Source: Chiloscyllium plagiosum (lineage: Eukaryota). Taken from it: 64,000 nucleotides of DNA. Location: assembly GCF_004010195.1 (NCBI RefSeq), contig NC_057718.1:41623803-41687802 (forward strand), read 5' to 3'. The position numbers and the translations under genes were made by a program. A model generated the notes under the pieces. The model had not been told where the DNA came from, ran no database searches, and saw only the letters and a list, made by a program, of their open reading frames with translations. Below are positions 51,811 to 64,000 of this stretch, piece by piece. Position 1 is the stretch's first letter; each line of letters begins with the position of its first letter.

Positions 51811-52448
51811 ATGGTCAAACATTGCCATCGGTCAACTTTCTCCACTGGTGAGAAGTTTTTTGGGAAGGGGAAGTTAATATTATTAATGAAATGTAAATAC
51901 ATGCAAATAAGCTTCTTATCATCTGGTGAGAATTTTATATAGACATCCAAAAAGAGAGAACTGATTTGCAAGAGCTTTTCTCAACAGCAAGAATACGACT
52001 TTTGGACACTTGATTAAGTCATGATGCTCATAACAATTGGCGTCACCTCAGGAAGGGGAAGATCATTTCCATGTTATTGATGTGTGCATCCAAAATCCCG
52101 TGTTTCTTTTAAAAATGCTATTTACTTGAACTGGAGTTATTTATGCTTGACTATGAAATTATTTATTTTATTACAGCCTCCTTGGAAACAGGAAAAACTG
52201 CAATGTTGGTACTTATTCATATAATAAAGGAGTTGCTACGCAGACTTTTGCCACTGCTAGATAGGAATCATGTCTGAAGAGGAACTATAGGACTAATGTA
52301 CCTCTGCATCAATGCTATCTTCAAAGAGCATTGAAACATTCTGAAGAGCCTCCTGCACGATATCATTAAAATTGGCATTCCCATATATTATTTTCACAAA
52401 GAACAATTGTCAGTCCAGCATATCATCTCATGACTTTCTGAAGAAATA

Positions 52449-52803
52449 TCATAGAATCATAAAACTCCTACAGTGTGGAAACAGGCCACTCATCTCAACA
52501 TGCCACACCAACCCTCCAAAGAGTAACCCACCTAGACTGATTCCCTTACCCTATTACTCTATATTTACCCCTTATTAGTGCACCTAACCCACACATCATT
52601 GAACACTATGGGCAATTTAGCATGGCCAATTCACCTAAACAGCACATCTTTGGATTGTGGGAGGAAACTGGAGCACCTGGAAGAAACCCACACAGACACG
52701 GGGAGAATGCGCAAACTCCACACAGAAAGTTGCCCAAGGATGGAATTGAACCTGGGTCCCTGGTTGTTAGCAGCAGTACTAACAACTGAGCCACCATGCC
52801 GCC
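52449..52803 (-). mobile_element. HE1-type V-SINE
   Basis: Reverse complement of the 44706 family. Confidence 0.88.
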
Positions 52804-53282
52804 TTAGTCTCCAGTGTCTCCCGGTTCTTGAACAGGAATAGATTAAGAAATAAAGGAACATAGGACTTTGATCTTTGATTCCCTTGTTCTGAAATATCTA
52901 TTTAACTAAATCTTGAATAAATTCAATGATCCAACCTCCAAGAGAATGCCATAAAACTGACAACCATCTGATTTTTTTTTTAAAAAGTCCTCATCATAAA
53001 CTGTGTTCCCATCTAGTCTCTTACAAATGGAAACATCATCTCAGAACCCACCCTGCAATTTATTTCAAGATCTTATGCTTCAATAACATCACTTCACATT
53101 CTTCTAAACTCCAATATGTGAATGTGCAACATGTTCACCCTTTCTTCAAAAGACAAACCCTTCATCCAAGTCAGGAGTGAAGTGAATCTTCTTTGAACTG
53201 CTTCTCATGTAATTATACCCTTTCATAAATAAAAAGATCAAATTTGTATACAGTACTCCACATGTAGTCTCACCAAGCTCTG

Positions 53283-53800
53283 TATAGAGATGTACAGCAC
53301 GGAAACAAACCCTTCGGTCCAACCTGTCCATGCCGACCAGATATCCCAACCCAATTTAGTCCCACCTCCCAGCACCCGGCCCATATTCCTCCAAACCCTT
53401 CCTATTCATATACCCCTCCGAATGCCTTTTAAATGTTGCAATTGTACTAGCCTCCACCACTTCCTCTGGCAGCTCATTCCATACACGTACCACCCTCTGC
53501 GTGAAAAAGTTGCCCCTTAGGTCTCTTTTATATCTTTCTCCTTTCATNNNNNNNNNNNNNNNNAGGAAGGAGACCAGAATTGCATGCAATATTCCATCAG
53601 TGGCCTAACCAATGTCCTGTACAGCTGCAACATGACCTCCCAACTCCTGTACTCAATACTCTGACCAATAAAGGAAAGCATACCAAACACCTTCTTCACT
53701 ATCCTATCTACCTGTGACTCTACTTTCAAGAAGCTATGAATCTGCACTCCAAGGTCTCTTTGTTCAGCAACACTCCCTAGGACCTTACCATTAAGCGTAA
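53283..53800 (-). mobile_element. CR1 3' fragment with 16-N gap; an older CR1 piece lies at ~52850-53280
   Basis: LYRTLVRPLMEYCMQFWSP; RGNFFTQRVVRVWNELPEE. Confidence 0.9.
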
Positions 53801-53980
53801 ATGTCCTTAATATTTTCCTGCTCTTATGTTCCATTCCCTAGGCCAATATTCCATTTGCCTTCCCAATCACCGTTATTCCCCATATCAAAATTTTATGATT
53901 TACGAATCAGCACACCAGGTTCCTGTGCATCACAGAGTTCTACAATCCCTCTCCAGTTAAATAGGATACTTCTTTTATAT

Positions 53981-55060
53981 TTGAATTGAATTGAATTGAG
54001 TCTCTTGTCACATGTACCGAGGCACAGTGAAAAGCTTTGTCTTGCGAGCAATACAGGCAGATCACAGAGTTAAGTGGCATAGATAAGTAAATAATAGGTA
54101 AACAACAGCAAAAATAAAAACACAGACGAATGTTAAGAGTTTGTGAATCCTTTCAGTATTCTAACGACAGTAGGTAGAAACTGTTACGAAACCGGCTGGT
54201 GCGTGTGTTCAGGCTTCTCTGTACCTTCTCCCCAATGATAGAGGCTGTTGAAAAGCATGGCCAGGGTGGGATGGATCTTTGAGAATGCTGGCGGATTTTC
54301 TTTGACAGCGGGCCTGGTAGATGGATTCTATAGATGGGAGGTTGGCCTTTGTGATTGTCTGGGCCAAGTTCACCGCTCTCTGTAACCATCGCCGATCTTG
54401 AATGGTACAATTGCCATACCAGGTAGTGATGCATTCAGACAGAATGGTCTCGATGGCGCAGCTATCAAAGTTGGCAAGAGTATTCACTGTCATGCCAAGT
54501 TTCCTCAGCTGCCTGAGGAAGAAAAGACATTGTTGGACCTTTGTAACCAGTGCATCCACATGAAGAGTCCGAGATGACAACTCCCAGGATGACAACTCCC
54601 AGGAGCTTGACACTCTCCACTTGTTCCACCTCTGTACTATTAATGTTTAGAGGGGCATGAGTAACATCCTGCCGAAAGTCAATAATGGGTTCCTTGATTT
54701 TGCCACATTGTTCTCTAGGTTGTTCTCAGTGCACCATTTTTCCAGATCTTCCAACTCCCATCTGTAATCTGTTTCGTCGCCATCTGTGATTCGACCGATT
54801 ATGGTGGTGTCATCAGCGAACTTGTAAATGGCATTAATCTGGTATTTGGTGAAGCAGTCATGGGTATATACTAGGGGGCTGAGTATGTACCCCTGGGGGG
54901 CTCCAGGGTTGAGTGTTAGTGACGATGAAATATTGTCCCCAATCTTCACTGATTGTGGGTTGTGGGTTCGGAAACTGAGGATCCAGTTGCAGAGAGTGGG
55001 GCTTAGTCCGAGATCACTAAGTCTAGTAATCAGTCTTGAGGGGATAATAGTGTTGAAGGC
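53981..55060 (-). mobile_element. Rex1/Babar-clade non-LTR retrotransposon, 5'-truncated
   Basis: AFNTIIP..LGLSPTLCNWI...GAPQGYILSP..YTHDC...KFADDTTIIG; LFFLRQL...CITTWYGNC; (ttcaa)n 3' tail at 53981-53999. Confidence 0.9.
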
Positions 55061-55944
55061 CATTTTCCCTGCTAAAATGGACAATTTCACATTTTGTTAC
55101 ATTATATTTAATATATTGGTTTATTACAACCATTCATTCAAGCCATTCCCCTTTGCAAGCTTCCTACATCTTCTTTACAATTTATCATGGTTTATGTTTG
55201 AAGGTTTGTTCTGCTGCTGGAACTCTTCCTCTGCTCCAGTGGAGGTAGGCTTTATTATGATATGCAGAGATTTCAGCAACTGAGCAACTTCCTGCCAATG
55301 GAATATTTTCCTACTATATCACAGCAATGGAAGTGTCTCTTACAGCCTTTCTGTTGACCTGTGAGTGAAGAAGAAAACTGGTGTAATGACTGATTCTATC
55401 GCTTTCCACAAATTTCTTTAAACATTCATTCGTGAACTTCAGACTGTTGTCAGCTGAATGACCATGGATTGAAAAGATATTATTTAGTCCTTTTGCTACT
55501 ATGTAGTACCATGTAGTCTGATAGCTTCCAAGCATCTCAAATTTTAAACTACTGCAAGCAACTGTGCTATTGCTCTAAAGTCAAAAAGTCTGAAGCTTTG
55601 CCAAGGACTGTTTGGATAACTGGATGGCTATTAATTGCACAAGTATGTCAGGATAAGATAGTCTTTAATTGGCTTTGGAAATTCTGGGCCACTAATCAGA
55701 CTGTTGTGCACACGTACTATATTTCGCTATGAATTCTATGAATTGTTTCCTCCCTTGTACTCTTGGGTACAATTAACCAATTGTATTAACCAATCTATGG
55801 TTAAAGACTCAACGATTGCCCCTTCTTGTCAGATATTTCCTCGATTTGTGGTACTTCCGATGGATTGGACTAACTCTTCACCAACTTGCTTGGCAGCATT
55901 TCCTATGCTCTGTATACTCCACATCATCGTTTTATGATTCTTCT

Positions 55945-56570
55945 GACTAGAGTCATAGAGTCATAGAGATGCACAGCACGGAAACAAACCCTTTTGTCCA
56001 ACTCATCCATGCCGACCAGATATCCCAACCCAATTTAGTCCCACCTCCCAGCACCCGGCCCATATCCCTCCAAACCCTTCCTATTCATATACCCCTCTGA
56101 ATGCCTTTTAAATGTTGCAATTGTACTAGCCTCCACCACATCCTCTGGCAGCTCATTCCATATACATACCACCCTCTGCGTGAAAAAGTTGCCCCTTAGG
56201 TCTCTTTTATATCTTCCCCCTCTCACCCTAAACCTATGCTCTCTAGTTCTGAACTCCCCGACCCCAGGGAAACGACTTTGCCTATTTATCCTATCCATGC
56301 CCCTCATGATTTTGTAAACCTCTATAAGGTCACCCCTCAGCCTCCGATGCTCCAGGGAAAACAGCCCCAGCCTGTTCAGCCTCTCCCTGTAGCTCAAATC
56401 CTCCAACTCTGGCAACATCCTTGTAAATTTTTTTCTGAACCATTTCAAGTTTCACAACATCTTTCCGATAGGAAGGAGACCAGAATTGCATGCAATATTT
56501 CAACAGTGGCCTAACCAATGTCCTATACAGCCGTAACATGACCTCCCAACTCCTGAACTCAGTACTCTGG
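55945..56570 (-). mobile_element. CR1 3' fragment
   Basis: ORF 56035-56448 YRERLNRLGLFSLEHRRLRGDLIEVYKIM...; (ctatgact)n tail. Confidence 0.92.
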
Positions 56571-57743
56571 CTACTTGACACTTTTTCTCAGAACTTGATA
56601 AACACTTTGTACTGAATAACAAAAATGGTTTCTTGTTTGGGGTCCAACATTTGGATCCTATATAGATGTATTTTGTAATACCTGTGGTCTGTTTATACCT
56701 AGGAGTGTCTGTAGTTTGACTCAGATAGGCTTCTGCAAAGCTCTGTCAATTTGTATTGTGAGGGAGTACATTATTCTCTCGTACAGACTGTTGCTTCTGT
56801 CTTCCCAGTGTCAAGCACATGACTGCTGATGGTGCTGTTACAGGATCGTATACATAAATACATCAATATTATTTCAATTCTCTACAAAGATGTCGACTCC
56901 ATGATGGCTCATTACGCACAAGGGGTCCATATACTACTGTTACCATGCTAAAATCACACCTACACCCAGGTTAATGAACATTAATATCATTTATTGAATG
57001 CAGCACCACTTACAAACAAAGACAAGGGTGGGTATCTTTGGAAATCTTACACTCAAAGGACTCAGTTCCATAAGTTCCATTATCACTGATTCTACTAAAT
57101 AGCGTATATATCATCCCATCACTCTACGTATTTCAGCAATGCTATTTGATTCCAATCAGACAATGACCCCATGCCACCAAAAGTGCCTACAGCATCTTGA
57201 CCACTTCCTCCTCATCTCACAGCACTAATATCAGTTTCTTCAGCAACCATGGTGCTGTCCCCTCTGTCTATGATTGCAAATTTAGATCTTATTTTTGCTT
57301 TTCTATGTACGATTTAGTGCTCTAAACTTATGCCTTCTAAGAGCTGGACTTAGAGTTATTTTTGATGGAATCCTTACAGCTACCATGAGCAGAAGATGAT
57401 AGACAGCATTCAAATTAGAGTTGTTATTGACTATTACACTGCAAATGGATGTTTGAATTTCTGCTAGGTATTAATGATGAACGTGGCTTCTTACTTGCAG
57501 CATAAATGACCACAAGTAAATTACTGCACTGAACTGTTCAATCTTCTATGACCATTTCTAACATATCTGTAAATTCATTGTGAGAATGGTCAGAAATATT
57601 TTGCTGTTTGACAGGAAGGAAATGTTTGAGCCTTTACTTTGAGAGATAAGTATGGTTCTGTGGACATCTGTTCCTCCTAACTGCTGGGATTTATGATAGT
57701 CGGTTTACAAGTGCACTCCATGCTTCAAAGTCTACAATACATA

Positions 57744-57964
57744 CAGGTTGTTTTGCTATAACACGTGTTTCATTGACATGAATTCACTGTAACGCGACTG
57801 ATGAATTGTGGACACTATGTCTAAAGTGCGAACTTTTAAAACATGGTTGGCTGTAACACGATTACATTGCCAACACTTTGGGGGGTGCTGTTTCTAGAGC
57901 GCGATTTTTCTATAATGCACGGTTGCACAAGAACACAACTATTGTGTTACAGAAGAAGCACCTG
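57744..57964. mobile_element. Tc1/mariner (pogo/Tigger-like) MITE, copy 2
   Basis: TA|CAGGT...ACCTG|TA with TA target duplication; homologous to 20191-20392. Confidence 0.82.
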
Positions 57965-60684
57965 TATATTGCTTTGATAAATTTTAACAATGGTATTCAC
58001 TAAGCAGTTCACTTTCCCTCAAGTAAAAAGAATGAGTTTAGGACTTTATACACAAAATGGCTAGATTGGATTTGTTTCTTTTCTTATACCCCCAACATTC
58101 TAAGGAAGAAAAGATTCAAAGGTTCACAGTCTCAATTACTTAGCGCTCACCTTGTGGGATCTCATAGTTTCTTTATCTCTTTGCTTTGGTCTTGTAGGGA
58201 TATGGGTTGAACCAGAGTACAACTACTCTTGAGGCTGAAACAAGCTATGGTCTTTAGATTTAGTCTCAGACAATACTGTTGGTTATTAATCTGGTTTAAG
58301 ATTTCCACTTCTGTGTATTACAAGTCTTGATTTATGAGACGTATGTTTCCTGTAGTAATTGTGGTTTAGTTAGTTTTTGGATGTATCTCAAAGAAACATC
58401 TTTTCCGGAGACGCTATTACTTTTCAGACATGCCTGTACCCTCAAACACATTAATGAGAATTTTTTGTGAAGCTGGTGATCAATCTTTATGTCAAAATAC
58501 AATGTTATGGACAGAGAACCACGGTCGACTGTAATATTAGTCGCCGTAAACCATCTGGCATCATATGTCAGAAGATAAATAAAACTACAAGACTGCATCT
58601 TAGACTTTGATCAAACACATACAGCTCAGGTTGCATAACCAAATGCAAAAACTCATCTTCACTCAATTATGTTAACATTAACCAGTTAGTGAAATTACAC
58701 TATTTATTGGATGCACCATATTGACAAAGGATCAAGCCTTATTTTACTTGTCCATAAACAATTGCTTCTCTTCCTCAAAAGCCATTCAGTGAAAATTCCT
58801 AACTTGTTTCCATTACTGAAGGTGTTTTTCTCTGACAGCCACCACATTTCAGAGACTGCCTTGGGCAAATCAGCTTGTGTGACAGGAGCGCTTGCAGGTT
58901 GTCAAGTGTTAATGTGAAGTGCCCCAAGACCTTGATGCTTATTTGTCTTCATCCTCTTGACTAATGATTTTCATGTGTTGTTATATGTTGGTAAATTAAA
59001 GAAGCTTTCAGGCAGCTCTGTCAACAGTTTACTGAAATGTATCTCTCATTAGCTAGGTGAACTGTCAACATGTGTGATTTAATCCTGTTAAGATATCACT
59101 CAGATCACCTAAATGGTAGATGAGAGAGGGGATGTCTGGAGGATGCAATCAAATGATAGGCAATGAAATACTGAATGTAGATGAGCCAGGGCAGATGGTA
59201 AGACACAGTTCTGCAATTTACTAGAAGGAGTGCCTTCCATGTTGGAGAAGATCTTACTTGATGATAGACTTATGGCAATAATCTTGTTAAGATTCATTTT
59301 ATTGCACCCAATATTTTTATGACAGAAGAATCATTGCTATTTTAATCAGCTCACCAAAGTTTAAATTTCCCATCTCTTCCCTTGGGAGCTCCATTATGTT
59401 AGTCTGCAATGAGTTTGTACCATCTGGTGTGTTGATGTGTTAAAACCTTAGTATGTTAATCTCTTTGCCACATCACAAAATTAAACTCTGACTTTGAAAT
59501 TAAGATTTCTGATTTAAATGGAGTGAGTGATATTAAAAAAAATGCTTTGAACAAAATGGTGGAAGTTTCTGTATTTAATTGTTTTGATTAAAACTTGTGT
59601 TTGCTTCAGGGTTTTCTATATATCTAAATAGATGTAACAGATTGTAATTGAGAGCTCATAAAGTGTCATCACCAATGCAGTTTTACTCAGTCCCCATTTT
59701 GACTGTTACAAAAAAAGTGTTCTTTCTATTACCATTTTTGATTTGTTTTATCTGTTATTTTCCCCTGTTGATATTTCACTGCCTCTTCCTTACACTGGTT
59801 TTCTTTCAATCTGTTATTTCTGTCCTATTGTTTACATTCTTACTTTTCTGGTTTTCATTTCAGATATTAGACAATGTATGTAAACATTTTTTTTAAAAGT
59901 ATGGGTCCGTGTAAGGGTGAAATTTTCAGTATGGGCACTAAATTGGTGAAACCATGGAACAGCAAGCTTAGCAATTGCCAAACTGGGCCAATGTCATTGG
60001 ATTTTCCTAGGTCAGCATCATTGACTATTCATAGCAGGTTCCTGGCCTAGATTGGGCCTGCCGGCAGCAATTAGCTCTCAGTGAATGGTAGGAAATAGCA
60101 AGTAAAGCCTGCTATTAAAAGGTGTACTTCATTGTTGCTGTGCAGAAAAGCAATGATGCCTGCACACAGGGACAGAGGGTCTGAGTTTTTAGAGGACTGT
60201 AGATTGGCCCTGAGGTGAAACTTAGATGAAGGTATTGTCATTGAGAAGCTGACAAATGATTCTTGCTGTTTATAGAGGTGATTTGATAAGAATTGCTTCC
60301 AGCTTCCCATCCTTGCTTTTGCTTTGCACTTAACAATGCCTAAATGTTTTCTTCCCAATTTCCTCCATGATTATTGCTATGGCACATAATTTTGGACACT
60401 TTCATGTGGCTGAACCATGTTTTAACTGTCTGGTGGAGGCTGGTTTAGATGTAGACAAGGGGTTAAAAACCTGAAAGGTACCAATGGTTCAGAAACCCAG
60501 CATGATCTGTTTCAGTTTTAACTGGACCACATTTAGAGGCAAATAAGAAATCCATTTGGAACTATCAGGAAGTTAATTTTAATATTTAAATTATTAATTC
60601 ATATTAAATTTGATCCAGAACTCCAACATTAATGCCTAGTGAACATATTTCCCAAACTGCACAGAGGTTGCTGAAGTCATCAAA

Positions 60685-61135
60685 TTGGTAGGCGAGAAGG
60701 CAAAAGGTGGATGCGGGTGGGAGGCAAGTGTGATAGGTTGGTGAGGAGAGTGGAGCGGATAGGTGGGAAGGAAGATGGACAGGTAGGATAGGTCAAGAGG
60801 GCAATGCTGTGTTGGAGGGTTGATTCTGGGATGAGGTGGGGGATGGGAAGATTTGGAAACTAGTGAAGTCGATGTTGATGCCATGTAGTTGGAGGGTCCC
60901 AAGGTGGAAAATGAAGTGTTCTTCCTCCAGTTGCTGGGTGGTTTGGATTTGGCAGTGGAGGAGGGTCAGGACTTGCATGAATTTGGGGGAGTGGTTATAT
61001 GGTGAGTGAATCCCAGAGATGCTCCCCGAAATGCTCCACGAGTTGATGTCCTGTCTCCCCGATGTAGAGGAGACCACATTGAGAGCAACAGGCACAGTAG
61101 ATGAGGTGGGTGAATGTGCAGGAACATCTCTATTG
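60685..61135 (-). mobile_element. Penelope GIY-YIG fragment
   Basis: LIYCACCSQCGLLYIGETG and LEEEHFIFHLGTLQLHGINIDFTSF. Confidence 0.85.
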
Positions 61136-61344
61136 GATACATAGAACTTATTTGATAGCAGGCAATCAATCTTTCACCACTATTAAATGTTGCATCTTTG
61201 TTAGCTTAAATTGCTGAGGCAGAAGTAGTCACTGATTGTTGCTATGTTAAAAGATTTGGTGCTGATGAGGAAATGGTAATCCCCTCACACCCCTGCAACT
61301 GAGAAGTGACAGTGAGCCAGTGGTGCATCCAAGGTCCAGCAGGG

Positions 61345-61653
61345 AAATCAAAACAAGGAACTGCAGATGCTGGAAATCTGAAGCAAAACTAAAAAGTGGT
61401 GGAGAAACTCAGCAGGTCTGGCATGCATCTGTAGAAAGAAAAACAGTTAATGTTTCGAGTTCAGAGTCTGGATTTGAAACATTAACTATTTTCCTCTCTG
61501 CAATATGGAAATGTTGTGCTAGATTATAGGAATGGCTTTTGCCTGAAACGTCGATCTTCCTGCTCCTTGGATGCTGCCTGACCTGCCGTGCTTTTCCAGA
61601 ACCACTCTAATCTTGGACTCTGATCTCCAGCATCTGCAGTCCTCACTTTCGCC
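61345..61653. mobile_element. Two Penelope terminal remnants
   Basis: The second (61523-61653) is flanked by a 15-bp direct repeat gaaatgttgtgctag (61508-61522 / 61654-61668). Confidence 0.8.
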
Positions 61654-61779
61654 GAAATGTTGTGCTAGCTAATGAAATTCCGATGACTGGGAATGTCAGT
61701 ATATTGGTCAGCAGTTTTACTAGCTACCCCTCCATAAGGATGTGGTAACGCCTATTGAAGGAAGGCCACAGTGAATACT

Positions 61780-62170
61780 AAACCCATGCTTGAATGGTAT
61801 TGCCAGAGACTAAAAAATGATCACGACATAAGTACCCCAATGACTGGGATAAAGAACTAGATTTTCTGTTTGCCTCCAAGGACTCACTCTATGAGTCAAT
61901 TTACTTCACATTTTCATTAGTTTATAGACACCAAGTGTGAGATATTCTGAAATTAGAGAACAAGAGGCTTTTAGAACAGATGAGAAGGTCTTCATGTTAG
62001 AGTTCCGAGATTCATGAACTTGTGAAGTATTGCGTGAATACTTGAGAATCTCCTGAACAGCGAGAGAGTGAAAAGAAATCAAACATGCCAAGACCAAACT
62101 TTTCAGCCAGAAGGTAACATATTGTACTCCTACCAATCCTTAAATGTCCAGTTCAGGGCAGCCAACCAGA
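61780..62170 (+). mobile_element. Degenerate gypsy (Gmr1-like) integrase fragment
   Basis: LEWYCQRLK...HKYPNDWDKELDFLFASKDSLYESIYFTFSLVYRHQV*DILKL...TFQPEGNIL resembles the gypsy IN DWD..L.FLLFA.R...ESTGF.PFELVYGH motif. Confidence 0.7.
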
Positions 62171-62744
62171 TGTTTGAGAATTCAAATAATGAAAGACAAA
62201 GGCTCTGTAATAAAATGGCAAATCATGAGATTCTTGGATTATACCAGACGTTTGTCCTAAACTCCAGAACAGTTACGACACTTTTGATAGACATGCATCA
62301 GTGAAAAATAACAATAGTATGGATTGAGAAATGCTAAAACCCACTTGAAAAACTGAAGGCCTTTTGAACAAGCAAGCCTGTTTTGACCAAACACTCAATG
62401 TAGTCATTGATGAAACTGACAGCAGGAAACCAAGTTGAGATTGGTGAAACCAATCAGATACTTCTCCAAAAATGAAGCAAGCATCAGAAATTATACTCCA
62501 CTGTGGCAAAGGAAACCCTCAGTTTATTACTGGTTCTCTAAAGCTTTGAGATACATATTCAATCTGGGTACAGAGAGGAGACCACATTTTCTGGACCGCA
62601 GCCCGTTAATCTTAGAGGCAAGGTACAAGTCCAAAAACACCAGATTATTCTATTAGAGCTTGTTCCTTCAGTCATATAACCTAAAAACCACCTACATTGC
62701 TGGGAAATTGAATGTAATTGCGGATACCAGGTCCAGAAATTAAG

Positions 62745-63143
62745 AGTCTAGATTAGAGTGGTGCTGGAAAAGCACAGCAGGTTAGACAGCATCCGAGGAG
62801 CAGGAAAATCGATGTTTCGGGCAAACACCTTTCATCAGGACTGAAGGCAGGGAGCCTCCAGGGTGGAGAGGTAAATGGGAGGGGGGTGGGGCTGGGGAGA
62901 AGGTAGCTCAGAGTGTGATAGGATGAAGGTGGGGGTGAAGGTGATAGGTTGGAGAGGTGGGTGGAGCGGGTAGCTGGGAAGGAAGATCGACAGGTCAAGA
63001 GGATGGTGCCAAGTTGGAAGGTTTTGCACCTCTTTGCACCACAGGGGAAAGTGCCTGGAGAAGAGAGTGGTTGGTGGGGGGGCATGGACCCAGCATCTAT
63101 AGTCCAACTCTGATCTACAGCACCTGCAGTTCTCACTTTCTCC
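62745..63143 (-). mobile_element. Penelope 3' region with pLTR and hammerhead-like motif
   Basis: Minus strand CTGATGAaaggtgtttgcccGAAACATC at 62838-62810; TTLFSRHFP/PCGAKRCKT remnant; inverted terminal piece at 63105-63143. Confidence 0.8.
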
Positions 63144-63694
63144 TAGTTGACTATACTCTCCGCAAATCCAAGATGTAAAATCCAGGATTGTGGTGCACTC
63201 CTTCCTGCCATGCTCTGTATCTGGAGACCAAACCAACCAGGATTCAGCTTCAAACCCCACCTTGCTATGGAAATTACTGAGAAGTCAAAATGACACATTA
63301 ACCATAAAGCCTCATCAACATATTGTTGGTTTCTATTGAGCCACTAACATGGGGATGTAATTTATCTGGTGGGACAACAATAGCCATTGGACACTATGTC
63401 TCTATAAAAGCTGTGTCCACAACTTCCACATCACAGTGACCACTGGAGTGGGTTTTACACAAAATAATCCAACATTTCAACTCCTTCCTCACAAAAATAT
63501 TCCTGTAATTAGTGTTAAAATGGTTTATCTTGAGACGGTTATATCTCCAATAGAAGATCAGATATCAACAGTTATCAGGTCTGACCGAAAATATTGTGAA
63601 AACCCAACATCTTCACAAATATCTCGGACATTGCAGCAAAAACTCACAATTGCTGAGAAAATGTTGGAGACATCCTCTCTGGCAGTGCCTTCCT

Positions 63695-63895
63695 GAGTTT
63701 GACGGAGGGAGGGACAGACCATCTCCTCAAACATGACTGAAGGTCGTCATTGATGGTGATGGAGAGGTCCAGGAAGGGGAGGGAGGTGTCAGAGATGGTC
63801 CAGGTAAATTTAAGGTCAAGGTGGAATGTGTTGGTGAAGTTGATGAACTGCTCAACTTCTCACGAGGTGGCACCGATGCAGTTATCAGTGTAGCT
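63695..63895 (-). mobile_element. Penelope RT fragment
   Basis: YTDNCIGA (decayed YIDD) ...EQFINFTNTFHLDLKFTWTISDTSLPFLDLSI. Confidence 0.85.
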
Positions 63896-64000
63896 TTTGC
63901 TAGAAATTAATAGTCCCAGTTAGAACTGAAATGATAATACTGACCGAGGCTCGGGAAATGAATGTGTGTGAGTTCTTGTGTATTTGATTTTTAAAAACAA

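Noticed and set aside
52177..52400. Exon-like acceptor and a further SAMD3-like fragment
   Set aside because: Weak donor, stops in all frames and only anecdotal motif resemblance.
59648..59896. Hydrophobic 82-aa ORF as a membrane peptide
   Set aside because: Arises from T-rich low-complexity sequence and has a non-ATG start.
61838..61862. NDWDKELD resembling the RRP15 C-terminal KDWDKE motif
   Set aside because: Wrong strand and side of the gene; the context is gypsy integrase.

Overview
Vertebrate, repeat-rich genomic DNA. The repeat set (HE1-type V-SINEs, DeuSINEs, CR1, Penelope-like elements, Rex1/Babar) points to a cartilaginous fish, probably a shark; this is an inference. The only host gene I can support is RRP15 (60S ribosome biogenesis factor) on the minus strand. 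Four coding exons (14662-14614, 9830-9580, 7573-7476, 3355-3154; 200 codons, all GT-AG introns, phases consistent) follow a CpG-rich housekeeping promoter near 14.55-14.87 kb, and the last exon lies left of the window. The remaining ~49 kb upstream has no recognisable host gene. It holds nested retroelement fragments, MITEs, Gmr1-like gypsy relics and several repeat-free, motif-dense blocks that may be conserved enhancers. The most notable observations are: (i) Penelope-derived short inserts carrying minimal hammerhead-ribozyme-like cores, one of them intact in the loop of a 69-bp hairpin with flanking direct repeats; (ii) a fragmented, partly duplicated, exon-bearing protein relic at 17-27.5 kb that resembles CACTA-associated SAMD3-like ORFs; (iii) a 45-bp tandem array carrying RFX X-box motifs. 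Most ORF-track entries are spurious or TE-derived. I see no convincing evidence for a wholly new biological system. Repeat boundaries are approximate and family names come from motif recognition, not database searches.
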